Assembly: GCA_963674745.2 (NCBI GenBank)
Contig: CAXXDV010000003.1
Coordinates: forward strand, 160,001-224,000
DNA length: 64,000 nucleotides
Direction: 5' to 3'
Origin: Desulfosudaceae bacterium
GTDB taxonomy: Bacteria > Desulfobacterota > Desulfobacteria > Desulfobacterales > Desulfosudaceae
The notes beneath the pieces are model-generated. The model saw only the letters and a program-made list of their open reading frames with translations, was not told the origin of the DNA and did not search any database. How positions within the stretch are numbered: position 1 is the stretch's first letter; each line of letters opens with the position of its first letter. Below, piece by piece: positions 39,223-49,216 of the stretch. The translations under genes and the position numbers were made by a program.

Positions 39223-39751
39223 AAAAACAATGAACATATTTCTTATCGGCTACCGCTGTACCGGAAAAACAACCGTGGGCAGGCGCCTGGCGGTTTTGAC
39301 CGGAAGGCGTTTTGTGGACACGGATGATTGCTTTACCGACCGGCATGGCGTTACCATTACCGAATTTGTGGCCGATTACGGCTGGGAAGCGTTTCGTAAA
39401 CAGGAATCAGTTGTTTTAGACACGGTCTCCCGGGAGGACGGGAATGTCGTATCAACCGGCGGGGGGATTGTCCTGAAACCGGAAAACGTGTCGCTGATGA
39501 AAGATCGTGGCCTGGTGGTCTGGCTGATGGCGTCGAAGGAAACGATACTGGATCGGATGTCAGCCGATCCCGCTTCGGCGGATTTCCGTCCGGGGTTGAC
39601 CGACTATCCGTTGCAAGAGGAGATTGCCAGAACACTGGCTGAAAGAACGCCGCTTTATGAGAATGCCATGGACCTTTCGGTTGATACCGAAGGTATGGCG
39701 GTCGAAGATATCTGCCGCCGCGTCATTGGCGCGGCGGGCGGGAAAGGATGA
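39212..39751 (+). CDS. aroK: Shikimate kinase
   Basis: 'IFLIGYRCTGKTTVG', 'DTD', 'GWEAFR', 'STGGG', 'RP', 'RTPLY'. Alternative start 39230. Confidence 0.92.
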   Translation: MNPEKTMNIFLIGYRCTGKTTVGRRLAVLTGRRFVDTDDCFTDRHGVTITEFVADYGWEAFRKQESVVLDTVSREDGNVVSTGGGIVLKPENVSLMKDRGLVVWLMASKETILDRMSADPASADFRPGLTDYPLQEEIARTLAERTPLYENAMDLSVDTEGMAVEDICRRVIGAAGGKG

Positions 39752-39754
39752 ATC

Positions 39755-40807
39755 ATGTCCGGAAACACATGGGGAAGGTTGTTTCGCGTAACGACCTGGG
39801 GCGAATCACACGGCCGGGGAACCGGCGTGGTCATTGATGGCTGCCCGCCGGGAATATCCCTGGATGAGGGCGTGGTCCAGGCGATGCTGGACCGCCGTAA
39901 ACCGGGACAATCCAGTGCCAGCACCAAACGCCGAGAGAAGGACCGGGCCGTTATTATGTCCGGGGTATTTGAAGGCGTGACGACCGGGACCCCGATCATG
40001 ATCATGGCCGAGAACAAGGACGCCGACTCATCGGCATACACTCCGTATGCCGGTCTGTTCCGCCCCGGACATGGTGATTATACTTATGCCGGCAAGTACG
40101 GGGTCCGGGACTGGCGTGGCGGCGGCCGGGCCTCGGCCAGGGAGACACTGGCCAGGGTGGCCGCCGGTGCCGTGGCCGGAGCACTTCTGGAAAAGGCGGG
40201 GATTCGGGTATATTCTTATACAGAAGAACTCGGTGGTATTGCAGCAAAAACAATCGATCTTGAAGAGACCGGTCGGAACATGTTCTGTTGTCCGGATGCT
40301 GAAGCCGCTCTTAAGATCGCCGTCCGCGTGGATGAGGTCAGGAAAAACGGTGATTCGCTGGGAGGCATCGTGGCGGTCCGGGCTACCGGTGTACCGGTTG
40401 GCCTGGGGGCGCCCGTGTTTGACAAGCTGGACGCCGACATCGCCAAGGCCCTGATGAGTATCGGTGCCGTCAAGGGAGTTGAGATCGGTGCGGGCTTCGC
40501 GGTAGCGGCAAGAACGGGTTCGGAAAATAATGATGAGATGACACCGGAAGGTTTTACGTCGAATAATGCCGGCGGTATCCTGGCCGGTATTTCCAACGGG
40601 GATGATATTGTCGTCAGGGCAGCGGTTAAGCCCATTCCCTCAATCGCCAGCGAGCAGAAGACCATTGACACGGATGGTAACCCCACTACCGTTTCCGTCA
40701 AGGGACGGCATGATATCTCGGCCATCCCGCGGATCAATGTCGTCTGTGAAGCCATGCTTTGCCTTGTTCTGGCAGATCATTTTTTAAGACAGAAAGCGAT
40801 TAAATGA
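39755..40807 (+). CDS. aroC: Chorismate synthase
   Basis: 'GESHG', 'RPGH', '[10 protein letters not shown]', '[11 protein letters not shown]', 'GRHD'. Confidence 0.97.
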   Translation: MSGNTWGRLFRVTTWGESHGRGTGVVIDGCPPGISLDEGVVQAMLDRRKPGQSSASTKRREKDRAVIMSGVFEGVTTGTPIMIMAENKDADSSAYTPYAGLFRPGHGDYTYAGKYGVRDWRGGGRASARETLARVAAGAVAGALLEKAGIRVYSYTEELGGIAAKTIDLEETGRNMFCCPDAEAALKIAVRVDEVRKNGDSLGGIVAVRATGVPVGLGAPVFDKLDADIAKALMSIGAVKGVEIGAGFAVAARTGSENNDEMTPEGFTSNNAGGILAGISNGDDIVVRAAVKPIPSIASEQKTIDTDGNPTTVSVKGRHDISAIPRINVVCEAMLCLVLADHFLRQKAIK

Positions 40808-41655
40808 ACGGTATCAAAATAGGCATCATCGGTGGTACCGGCGGGATGGGCCGCTGGTTTGAAAAATATTTTAGGGACAACGGTCATCAGGTGCTGGTCG
40901 CCGGCCGAAAGACGGATTTGACTTACCACGACCTGGTCGATAAGTGCCGGGTATTGGCTATCAGCACCCCTCTGGAGCCGGCTCTGGAAATTATCGGCAA
41001 AATAGGTCCGACCCTGCGTGAGGATCAGCTGCTGATTGATTTTTGCTCCCAGAAGGAACGCATTGTCGAGCGGATGGCGGATGCCACCCCGGCCGATGTT
41101 ATCGGTACACATCCCATGTTCGCACCCAACACCCCGTCTATCAGTGGGCTGAACGTCATTGTCTGCCCGGCACGGGACAGGAACGGCTGGCTACCCTGGC
41201 TGGAGTCCCTGTTTTCGGAAAAAGGCGCTGTTGTTACCCGCATGGATCCGGCTGAGCATGACCGGAAGATGGCCATGGCTCAGAGCCTGATGCATTTTCT
41301 GACCCTTTCCCTGGGGCGTATGCTTCAATGTTTCGATTTAAGTGCGGCAGAAGCGTTCCGCTTTGCCACCCCCATTTTCCGCATTAATATTGATCTCATC
41401 GGCCGTCTCCTGTCCCAGGATATCAATCTGTATGCCGAGCTGGTCAGTGACAATAAATATGCACCGGAAATTTTGCAATCATTGTCCCTTGCCATGGATG
41501 ATTGCCGAAAAGCGTTTTTTTCCGGGGAAAGACAGTCGGCGCTGGCGTTTATGGGATCAATCAGGGATTTTCTGGGGGATGATTTTTGTCAGCAGGCACT
41601 GGACGAGACCACCCGGTCGTTGAGTATCATGTATGAGCCGGTAGAAAAAGCGTAA
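40804..41655 (+). CDS. tyrA: Prephenate/arogenate dehydrogenase
   Basis: 'IIGGTGGMG', 'DFCSQK', 'THPMFAP', '[10 protein letters not shown]'. Confidence 0.88.
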   Translation: MNGIKIGIIGGTGGMGRWFEKYFRDNGHQVLVAGRKTDLTYHDLVDKCRVLAISTPLEPALEIIGKIGPTLREDQLLIDFCSQKERIVERMADATPADVIGTHPMFAPNTPSISGLNVIVCPARDRNGWLPWLESLFSEKGAVVTRMDPAEHDRKMAMAQSLMHFLTLSLGRMLQCFDLSAAEAFRFATPIFRINIDLIGRLLSQDINLYAELVSDNKYAPEILQSLSLAMDDCRKAFFSGERQSALAFMGSIRDFLGDDFCQQALDETTRSLSIMYEPVEKA

Positions 41656-41671
41656 TGTCTATCAAAACTGC

Positions 41672-41700
41672 TGCCGGGTTGGCCTCCGGGCTACCCGGCA
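41672..41700. terminator. Hairpin between convergent tyrA and the response regulator
   Basis: TGCCGGGT...ACCCGGCA inverted repeat, without a clear U tract. Confidence 0.45.
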
Positions 41701-41723
41701 TCCTGGAAAGCTGAAACCTTCCC

Positions 41724-42473
41724 TTATTTCAATTGCCGTCTGTCGCGGCGGGAGGAAAAATCGGTCAGCGGCCGAAGCGGTGCTTTTTGATTTTTCTGTT
41801 TTTCTTCTTTTTCATCTTTCATTTGCATGGCGGACATGAGGACATTCATAAGCGGCTGCTTGATGACATTTTCCCGCTTACGGCAGATGCCCTCAACCTC
41901 AATGATGATCTTGTCCCAGGTCAGCAGTTCCTGGGCGGCTTTCATGCCGGTCAATCTTTCGGAGGCAGCGTTGATCAGTGCGCCTTCCCGAAAATACATG
42001 TTGCCGGTTTTTTCGCCGGATCTAACCTTGATGGTGGCGGTTTTTTTTTCCATTTCCATCAACTGCAGAAAGGAGGAAAGACTGATCCCCGAGATTTGTC
42101 CTTCGGCGCCCGCGTTTAACTGTTCGAAAACAGCATCGGTCAGAATGTCCATGTTAAGAGGCTTTTCAAAATATTTGAAGGCGCCCATTTCCATCACCTT
42201 GTCCTCGATTTCCTTGGTGCCGAAAGCGGTCATGATGAACACCGGTGTGCCGGGGTAATTTTTATTGATGTATTCCAGAAGCTGGATGCCGTCCATAATC
42301 GGCATTTCCAGGTCACTGATGATAAGGTCGATGGTGTTATCCGTCATCAGGTAGGCGGCTTCTTCGCCGTTTTGAGCGGTCAGAATTTCAAAGTCCTTGG
42401 CGTAAGGTTTCATTACCCTTGATAACAATCCGCGGGAAACCGCGTCGTCATCAACGATGAGAACTTTTTTCAC
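41724..42473 (-). CDS. Response regulator (REC + DUF4388-like domain)
   Basis: 'VLIVDDD', 'ISDLEMP', 'MTAFG', 'EKP', followed by 'GISLSSFLQLMEMEKKT...GNMYFREG'. GTG start. Confidence 0.88.
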   Translation of the reverse strand: MKKVLIVDDDAVSRGLLSRVMKPYAKDFEILTAQNGEEAAYLMTDNTIDLIISDLEMPIMDGIQLLEYINKNYPGTPVFIMTAFGTKEIEDKVMEMGAFKYFEKPLNMDILTDAVFEQLNAGAEGQISGISLSSFLQLMEMEKKTATIKVRSGEKTGNMYFREGALINAASERLTGMKAAQELLTWDKIIIEVEGICRKRENVIKQPLMNVLMSAMQMKDEKEEKQKNQKAPLRPLTDFSSRRDRRQLK

Positions 42474-42686
42474 CTGTTGAAATACCTTATTTTATGGGCG
42501 TGAACAGTTAATTCGGGTACGTTTTTCTATATATAATGAATATCGGCGAAAGTGTCAAGAGACAATCGTTAAGAATATAAGGAGTTATGTTGAATTTATG
42601 CGTCTGTATTGGAAAAAAAACTGTACAATGATTTATCAGGTATGATAGTTTTCTAAATATCCTAAATATAATATGAACAGGTAATT

Positions 42687-43442
42687 ATGAAACAAATCGT
42701 CAGTGTCGTGACACCATGGCTGGGTGCCGGTAAAACCGGGTTGGCGGTAAATATCGCCGCCTGTCTGGCGCTTTTTGAAAAAAAGACGCTTCTGGTGGAT
42801 GGTGACCCGTGCGGAGATGGCACCGCCTGTCTTCTGCCGGGGGATGATGGCCGTCCCGGACTTTACACTTTTCTGAAGGACGGTGATGCCGGTGCGGGTG
42901 TGGTGACCGATACGGCGCTTGATTTTTTGAAAGTTGTTCCCGCCGGTCCCAATCTGTTCCGGGCAGAACAGGAACTGTTCGCGTTTCCGGACAAGGAGGA
43001 GCTGGTAAAGCAGAGGATAAAAGCTTTGGCCGGAGAGTTTGATTATATTCTTATTGATTCCCCCTCTTCGCTCGGGCCATTGACGGTATGTCTGATGGCT
43101 GCTTCAGAAGCGGTGCTCATTCCGCTGCCCTGCAGGGCGGATGCGCCGGCCACGCTGGAAACCCTGTTGCCGGTCGTCGCCGGTGTCAAACGTCAACGGC
43201 GCCCGGATTTAACCATTGCGGGAATTGTCCTTACCCATTGTGATGGCTGGGAAGAGGCACGGACGATTTTTCCGGAAGACCTTTTGGCCGGCATTGAAAC
43301 GGTTGCATTGAAAAACGTTGTTCCAAAGACCGGGTCTTCTGCCGACGGCTTGCCCCATCAGCGGCCGGCAGTTCTGAAAGATGTCATGTCGGCCGCATCG
43401 GAAAGCTACCTGAGTCTGGCTGCAGAGCTTTTGGGGCACTGA
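42687..43442 (+). CDS. ParA/Soj family ATPase-like protein (deviant Walker A)
   Basis: 'GAGKTGLAVNIAACLA', 'LLVDGDP', 'FDYILIDSPSSLG', 'SESYLSLAAEL'. Confidence 0.85.
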   Translation: MKQIVSVVTPWLGAGKTGLAVNIAACLALFEKKTLLVDGDPCGDGTACLLPGDDGRPGLYTFLKDGDAGAGVVTDTALDFLKVVPAGPNLFRAEQELFAFPDKEELVKQRIKALAGEFDYILIDSPSSLGPLTVCLMAASEAVLIPLPCRADAPATLETLLPVVAGVKRQRRPDLTIAGIVLTHCDGWEEARTIFPEDLLAGIETVALKNVVPKTGSSADGLPHQRPAVLKDVMSAASESYLSLAAELLGH

Positions 43443-43531
43443 AGCCGGTACGACACAGGGACCCACCCGGACAATTCAGCCGGTCGGTCCGGGATGTTCG
43501 TTGTGATCAAAAGAAAAGGGAGGAATAGCCG

Positions 43532-44134
43532 GTGAAGTTAACCAACGCTGATTTGATCAGGAATCGGGAAAAAGAGTTGCTGGTGACCATTTCCGGCGAT
43601 CTGGACCGGAAGGGTATTAAGCAACTGCTTGAAGCCAAGTACCAGCTTGAACTGGACGCTGAAAGCCTGGAATGCCGGGACGGGGATCTGGTCGTACACG
43701 ATAATCAGGTGGCTTACAAAGTTAAATTTCAGGCGATGGTCAGCCTGGCATTGTTGTTTGACCGTGAGGGTGAATGCCTTGAAACCGACCTTTTTACAGC
43801 GGTGACGGAATCGGCCGGGCAGAGGACTTCTGTATCCACCGGGAGAGAAACAGATAAAGCGGGTTCGGATAGTGGCTCATACAGCTATACCTCATCGGGG
43901 CAGGCCTCCGATGAAGATCTTTTTGCCGGTGATGATGTTTCACCGGGGCTGGATATGAACGCGGATGCCCCTGACAGCGGCGCTTATGCCGCGGTGACTG
44001 CTGAACCAGCGGGTGATGAGGCCGCTGCCAAAGAGACGGCGGAAGAAAAGTCCGTAGCAGGGGATGATGCCCCGCCGACGGCACGCATGGCCTCGTCGAT
44101 TGCAGAGATGATTTCTGAAATTAACAAAACATGA
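43532..44134 (+). CDS. Hypothetical protein with acidic low-complexity C-terminal half
   Basis: SD GGGAGG before GTG 43532. Folded-looking N-terminus, D/E/S/A-rich linker, amphipathic C-terminal helix. Confidence 0.75.
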   Translation: MKLTNADLIRNREKELLVTISGDLDRKGIKQLLEAKYQLELDAESLECRDGDLVVHDNQVAYKVKFQAMVSLALLFDREGECLETDLFTAVTESAGQRTSVSTGRETDKAGSDSGSYSYTSSGQASDEDLFAGDDVSPGLDMNADAPDSGAYAAVTAEPAGDEAAAKETAEEKSVAGDDAPPTARMASSIAEMISEINKT

Positions 44135-44211
44135 CGGTTTGGTAAAAAGTCCAATTTGATTCTGAACTTTTTACAGGGCCGTTCAAAAATTTGTTTTTTT
44201 ACGGGGCATCA
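44132..44211. repeat. REP/MITE-like palindromic element
   Basis: TGACGGTTTG-GTAAAAAGT (44142-50)...ACTTTTTAC (44166-74)-AGGGCCGTTCA, plus a second right-arm-like copy TTTTTACGGGGCATCA. Confidence 0.55.
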
Positions 44212-44247
44212 GAATCTGGTGCCCGTATAATTTAGGAGAAGCGCTTA

Positions 44248-45630
44248 ATGAGCCGTGAATTTGAGAAGTGTATTCTCTGTATCGGCGCCGGTTATGTCGG
44301 AGGCCCCACCATGGCGGTGATCGCCTCCAAGTGTCCGCACTATAAGATCATTGTGGTCGATATTGATGATGAGAAGATCGCTGCCTGGAATTCCGATCGT
44401 TTGCCGGTTTATGAACCGGGCCTGTTTGAAATTGTTTCCGCCACCCGGGACCGGAATCTTTTTTTTTCAACGGATGTGAGATCGGCTGTGGCCGAAGCGG
44501 AGATTATTTTTGTCAGTGTCAATACGCCAACCAAGGTCTCCGGCGTCGGTGCGGGCATGGCCGCTGATCTGCGGTTCTGGGAAAATATCGCCCGCGAGTT
44601 GCGACAATGGTCGGAAACACCCAAGATTGTAGTGGAAAAAAGCACGGTCCCGGTCAGAACCGCCGAAGCCATGGAACGGATTCTATCCGTCAACGACGGG
44701 CGGCAGCGGTTTGAGGTATTGTCCAACCCCGAATTCCTGGCCGAAGGAACGGCCATCAGAGACCTGGAAAATCCGGATCGGGTCCTGATCGGTTCCCGCG
44801 AGACCGAAAGCGGACGACGGGCCAGGGATGTGCTGGTCGAGGTTTATGCCAACTGGGTAAGCCGGGAACGTATCCTGACGTCCAATATCTGGAGCAGTGA
44901 ACTGGCCAAGCTGGCCTCAAACGCCTTTCTGGCCCAGCGGGTCTCCTCCATCAACACCATTGCCAATATCTGCGAAAACACCGGTGCCGACGTAACCGAA
45001 GTGTCCCGGGCGGTGGGAATGGATGAGCGCATTGGCAGTCGTTTTCTGAAGGCCGGGCTGGGGTTCGGCGGGTCATGCTTCAAAAAAGACATTCTGAGCC
45101 TGGTATATCTGTGCCGGGAATTCGGCGCCGACAGTGAGGCCGACTACTGGGAAAGCGTGGTCTGTATCAACGAACGCCAGAAAGAGCGGTTTGTGCAGCG
45201 GATGGTCAGGGCCATGTTCGGCACCCTGGCGGAAAAAAAGATCGGGATTTTCGGGTTTGCCTTTAAACCGGACACGGGTGATATCCGGGAGGCGCCGGCC
45301 ATAGACGTGGTCAGGCGTCTGCTGGACGAAGGCGCCCGCCCGGTCATTACCGATCCACGGGCCCTGGATAATGCCAGAAAGACATTCGGTGAGTACCTTG
45401 ACCGGATATCCTATGATGAAGACCCTTACCGGGCCGCCGAAGGCTGTCACGCCATTGCCGTGATGACCGAGTGGGATATATATAAAAACCTGGATTATGA
45501 GAAGATCTACAGCGTAATGGAGAAGCCCGCCTTCTTTTTTGACGGTCGAAATGTGATTGACTATCGCAAGTTGTATGAAATCGGGTTTAACGTTTATACC
45601 GCCGGCAGACCGCCGCTGGTTCATTTTTGA
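44248..45630 (+). CDS. ugd: UDP-glucose 6-dehydrogenase
   Basis: '[11 protein letters not shown]', 'EKSTVP', 'SNPEFLAEG', '[10 protein letters not shown]', 'GFAFK'. Confidence 0.95.
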   Translation: MSREFEKCILCIGAGYVGGPTMAVIASKCPHYKIIVVDIDDEKIAAWNSDRLPVYEPGLFEIVSATRDRNLFFSTDVRSAVAEAEIIFVSVNTPTKVSGVGAGMAADLRFWENIARELRQWSETPKIVVEKSTVPVRTAEAMERILSVNDGRQRFEVLSNPEFLAEGTAIRDLENPDRVLIGSRETESGRRARDVLVEVYANWVSRERILTSNIWSSELAKLASNAFLAQRVSSINTIANICENTGADVTEVSRAVGMDERIGSRFLKAGLGFGGSCFKKDILSLVYLCREFGADSEADYWESVVCINERQKERFVQRMVRAMFGTLAEKKIGIFGFAFKPDTGDIREAPAIDVVRRLLDEGARPVITDPRALDNARKTFGEYLDRISYDEDPYRAAEGCHAIAVMTEWDIYKNLDYEKIYSVMEKPAFFFDGRNVIDYRKLYEIGFNVYTAGRPPLVHF

Positions 45631-46592
45631 TGGATATATTGATGAGCATGTACGATAAAAAAAGGGTGTTGGTAACCGGCGGTGCCGGCTTTATCGGATC
45701 CCATCTGTGTGAGTGCCTGTTGGCGGATGGTAAAGAGGTTATCTGCCTGGATAATTTTTTTACCGGCAGGAGGCGGAATATCGCTCACCTGCTGGACAAC
45801 CCGGATTTTGAATTGATCCGCCATGATCTGGTGAACCCGCTGCTGGTTGAAGTTGATCGAATCTACAACCTGGCCTGTCCGGCCTCGCCCGTGCACTACC
45901 AGTACAATCCGGTTAAAACCATCAAAACGAGTGTTATGGGCGCCATTCACATGCTGGGCCTGGCCAAACGGGTGCGGGCCCGGATACTGCAGGCCTCCAC
46001 CAGTGAAGTCTACGGTGACCCGGAAATTCATCCCCAAACTGAAGACTACCGGGGTTGTGTTAACCCCATTGGGTCGAGGGCCTGTTATGACGAGGGGAAG
46101 CGGTGCGCGGAAGCGCTTTTTTTTGATTATCATCGTCAGAACGGTGTTGATATCCGGGTTGTTCGCATTTTTAACACCTATGGACCGCGGATGCATCCGG
46201 ATGACGGCCGGGTGGTCAGTAACTTTATCATGGCCGCTTTAACCGGCCGGGACATCACTGTTTACGGGGATGGCTCTCAAACCCGGTCTTTCTGTTTTGT
46301 GGATGACCTGGTCGAGGGAATGATGCGTATGATGGCCCTTGATGACTTCACCGGCCCGGTCAACCTGGGGAATCCCTTGGAAATGACGGTCGCCTCCCTG
46401 GCTGAAACCATTATCGACATCACCGGATCTTCTTCATCGATTGTCCATAAACCCCTGCCCGCGGATGATCCGCAAAGACGGCGGCCGGACATCAGTCTGG
46501 CCCGGCAGAAACTGGACTGGCAGCCTAAGGTGGCGTTGCGGGAAGGGCTGGGAAAGACCATTGCTTACTTTGAAACCGTCTTGTCGTCATAA
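45630..46592 (+). CDS. uxs: UDP-glucuronate decarboxylase (UDP-xylose synthase)
   Basis: '[11 protein letters not shown]', '[12 protein letters not shown]', '[10 protein letters not shown]', 'CYDEGKR', '[10 protein letters not shown]', '[10 protein letters not shown]'. Confidence 0.93.
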   Translation: MDILMSMYDKKRVLVTGGAGFIGSHLCECLLADGKEVICLDNFFTGRRRNIAHLLDNPDFELIRHDLVNPLLVEVDRIYNLACPASPVHYQYNPVKTIKTSVMGAIHMLGLAKRVRARILQASTSEVYGDPEIHPQTEDYRGCVNPIGSRACYDEGKRCAEALFFDYHRQNGVDIRVVRIFNTYGPRMHPDDGRVVSNFIMAALTGRDITVYGDGSQTRSFCFVDDLVEGMMRMMALDDFTGPVNLGNPLEMTVASLAETIIDITGSSSSIVHKPLPADDPQRRRPDISLARQKLDWQPKVALREGLGKTIAYFETVLSS

Positions 46593-46650
46593 TATTTATT
46601 AGGCCTTTATAAAATAAGGCTTTTCTCCAATTTAGCGGGCAGGACACACA

Positions 46651-46680
46651 GGGGTCAAGGGGTCGAGGGGTCAAGTGATC
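46651..46680 (-). repeat. Tandem octamer array, family 2 (inverted copy upstream of gmd)
   Basis: GGGGTCAA GGGGTCGA GGGGTCAA GTGATC is the reverse-complement orientation of the 13974 array. Confidence 0.8.
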
Positions 46681-46714
46681 GGGGATGAACTGAAAATAAT
46701 TTAAAGGGATTTTC

Positions 46715-47878
46715 ATGAGTCGAAGAAAAGCGCTGATAACGGGTATTACAGGCCAGGACGGTGCCTATCTGGCCGAGTTCCTTCTGGATAAAGGCTACGA
46801 AGTGCACGGTATCAAACGCCGGGCCTCTCTGCTGAATACCACCCGGGTCGATCACCTTTATCACGATCCGCATGAGAAAGATGTCTATTTTTTCATGCAC
46901 TATGGAGATCTGACCGATGCCACCAACCTGATCCGGATCATCCAGGATGTGCAACCGGACGAGATATACAATCTTGCCGCCCAAAGTCATGTCAAGGTGT
47001 CGTTCGAATCCCCCGAATATACGGCCGACGTTGATGCCCTGGGCACATTGCGGCTGTTGGAAGCGGCCCGGATCCTTGGTGTCGAAAAAGAGATCCGTTT
47101 TTACCAGGCCTCGACTTCGGAGCTTTATGGAAAAGTGCAGCAGACCCCTCAGAATGAGCAGACACCTTTTTATCCGCGCTCACCGTACGGCTGTGCCAAG
47201 CTATACGCTTACTGGTGTACGGTGAATTACCGGGAGGCCTACGGCATGTTCGCCTGCAACGGGATCCTGTTCAATCATGAATCTCCTATCCGGGGCGAAA
47301 CGTTTGTTACCCGGAAGATCACCCGGGCCGCCGCGCGCATCTCCGCCGGCATTCAGGACCGCCTTTATCTCGGCAATATGGACTCGCTTCGGGACTGGGG
47401 ACATGCCAGAGACTACGTTCGGGCGCAATGGCTGATGCTTCAGCAGGATAAGCCGGATGATTTCGTTGTCGCCACCGGTGAGCAGCGTTCGGTGAGGGAG
47501 TTTTGTGAAATCGCCTTTGCCCGTGCCGGGATCCGGCTGGCCTGGCGGGGGAGCGGTATTGATGAGCAGGGCGTTGTCGACGGCCTTCTGCCGGACGCGG
47601 CGCTGGTTGAAAAATATGATATCGCCGGTGCACTGAAACGGTTCTCTCCGGGAGACGTGGTCGTTTTAGTCGATCCGTCTTATTTCCGGCCGGCTGACGT
47701 GGTTTCACTTGTCGGGGATGCTTCAAAAGCCCGGCGGGAACTGGATTGGATACCCGAGATATCCTTTGAGGCCATGGTTAACGAAATGGTGGAATGGGAT
47801 TTCAGAGATACCTGCCGGGACGCGGTATGCCGGGATAACGGTTATCCCCTGACGGGCAGTTTTGAACAACATATGTGA
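46715..47878 (+). CDS. gmd: GDP-mannose 4,6-dehydratase
   Basis: '[12 protein letters not shown]', 'AAQSHV', '[10 protein letters not shown]', 'PFYPRSPY', 'LFNHESP', 'RDWGHA'. Confidence 0.97.
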   Translation: MSRRKALITGITGQDGAYLAEFLLDKGYEVHGIKRRASLLNTTRVDHLYHDPHEKDVYFFMHYGDLTDATNLIRIIQDVQPDEIYNLAAQSHVKVSFESPEYTADVDALGTLRLLEAARILGVEKEIRFYQASTSELYGKVQQTPQNEQTPFYPRSPYGCAKLYAYWCTVNYREAYGMFACNGILFNHESPIRGETFVTRKITRAAARISAGIQDRLYLGNMDSLRDWGHARDYVRAQWLMLQQDKPDDFVVATGEQRSVREFCEIAFARAGIRLAWRGSGIDEQGVVDGLLPDAALVEKYDIAGALKRFSPGDVVVLVDPSYFRPADVVSLVGDASKARRELDWIPEISFEAMVNEMVEWDFRDTCRDAVCRDNGYPLTGSFEQHM

Positions 47879-47890
47879 TGTAATTCCAGC

Positions 47891-47922
47891 CACCCCTTGA
47901 CCCCTCGAATCCTTGGCCCCTT
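47891..47922 (+). repeat. Tandem octamer array, family 2 (downstream of gmd)
   Basis: CACCCC TTGACCCC TCGAATCC TTGGCCCC TT. Confidence 0.8.
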
Positions 47923-48003
47923 CCAAGGCCTTTGATTGAACTGAATAAGGATACAATCCGTTTACTACAACTAATCGGGAGATGAACCATCACTACTAGG
48001 CGT

Positions 48004-48966
48004 ATGGATAAGAATGCGGTTATATACATTGCCGGACATCGCGGACTGGCCGGTTCGGCGATAACCAGAAAATTTCAGTCCCGGGGGTTCCGGAATCTGA
48101 TTACCCGGAGTCATAAGGAACTGGATCTCACCCGGCAGCCGGATACCGAGGCCTTTTTCAAAGACGTCCGTCCTGAATACGTTGTCATGGCCGCGGCCAG
48201 GGTGGGTGGTATCATGGCCAACCATACCTTTCCGGCGGAATTCATTTATGCCAATCTGGCCATCCAGACCAATATGATTCATGCGGCTTACAAGAGTGGT
48301 GTCAAACGGCTCATCTTTCTTGGCTCCTCGTGCATTTATCCGCGGGACTGCCCCCAGCCTATGAAAGAAGAACATTTGCTGACAGGCCCCCTTGAGGCGA
48401 CCAACGAACCGTATGCCGTGGCCAAAATTGCCGGCATTAAAATGTGTCAGGCCTATAACCGCCAGTATGGAACGCAATATATAGCGGTCATGCCGACCAA
48501 TCTCTACGGACCGAATGACAATTTCGATCTTGAGACCAGTCACGCCTTGCCTGCCCTGATCCGTAAATTTCATGAGGCCGTGGTATCCGGCAACCGTGAG
48601 GTCAAGGTGTGGGGGACCGGGAAACCCCGGCGTGAATTTCTGCACGCCGACGACCTGGCGGATGCCTGTTTTTTCCTGTTGAATTTGCCGGATCAACAAT
48701 ACGCGCCTCTGGTAGCCGCCGAAAGAACGCCCTTGATCAATATCGGCGCCGGCAAGGATATCACCATTCATGAGCTGGCGCTGCTGATCAAGCAGATTAC
48801 CGGGTTTGAAGGAGAAGTCGTCTTTGATCCGTCTAAACCCGATGGTACTTTTCAGAAACTCCTCGATCCTTCGAAGATGACGTCTCTGGGTTGGCAGGCT
48901 TCCATTTCTTTAAGAGACGGCATCACCGGTACTTATCAATGGTGTCTGGATAAAGCGGCCTTCTGA
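48004..48966 (+). CDS. fcl: GDP-L-fucose synthase
   Basis: 'AGHRGLAGSA', 'AAARVGGI', 'LGSSCIYP', 'YAVAK', 'PTNLYGP', 'WGTGKPRREF'. Confidence 0.96.
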   Translation: MDKNAVIYIAGHRGLAGSAITRKFQSRGFRNLITRSHKELDLTRQPDTEAFFKDVRPEYVVMAAARVGGIMANHTFPAEFIYANLAIQTNMIHAAYKSGVKRLIFLGSSCIYPRDCPQPMKEEHLLTGPLEATNEPYAVAKIAGIKMCQAYNRQYGTQYIAVMPTNLYGPNDNFDLETSHALPALIRKFHEAVVSGNREVKVWGTGKPRREFLHADDLADACFFLLNLPDQQYAPLVAAERTPLINIGAGKDITIHELALLIKQITGFEGEVVFDPSKPDGTFQKLLDPSKMTSLGWQASISLRDGITGTYQWCLDKAAF

Positions 48967-49014
48967 CACCGGATTTTCGTATTTATTCCATAAATAGGTT
49001 GTTTTTTCTGTTTT

Positions 49015-49077
49015 CTGGCATATCTTATGCATTGATTTTATCCATTAAATGGGTTGTCATCTTATTTTTTATGACAA
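49015..49077 (+). promoter_or_regulatory. Sigma54-type promoter candidate and palindromic site upstream of the T2SS
   Basis: CTGGCATATCTTATGCA (GG-N10-GC, 49015-49031). TTGTCAT-N10-ATGACAA (49054-49077). Confidence 0.5.
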
Positions 49078-49216
49078 AAAAACGATAAATGTTATAACGA
49101 TGAGAAGTATCCGGCAGGTTTGATTTCCCGGGGGTGGTAAATCGGCCGATGATGCCTTCCGGATAGTGATGCCAGGCCAATGATCAAGATGTTGAATTAT
49201 GTTTCAAGAAGGTGAA

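Noticed and set aside
42568..42596. dif-like site (TTATGTTGAAT)
   Set aside because: There are only 4 nt between ATAA and TTAT (6 required), and there is no credible XerC arm.
47971..48771. 266-aa minus-strand ORF
   Set aside because: It is an antisense shadow of fcl.
49140..49165. Fluoride-riboswitch-like 3' segment (GCCGATGATGCCT)
   Set aside because: No matching 5' GGCGATGG-type stem or pseudoknot partner, and the gene context does not fit.
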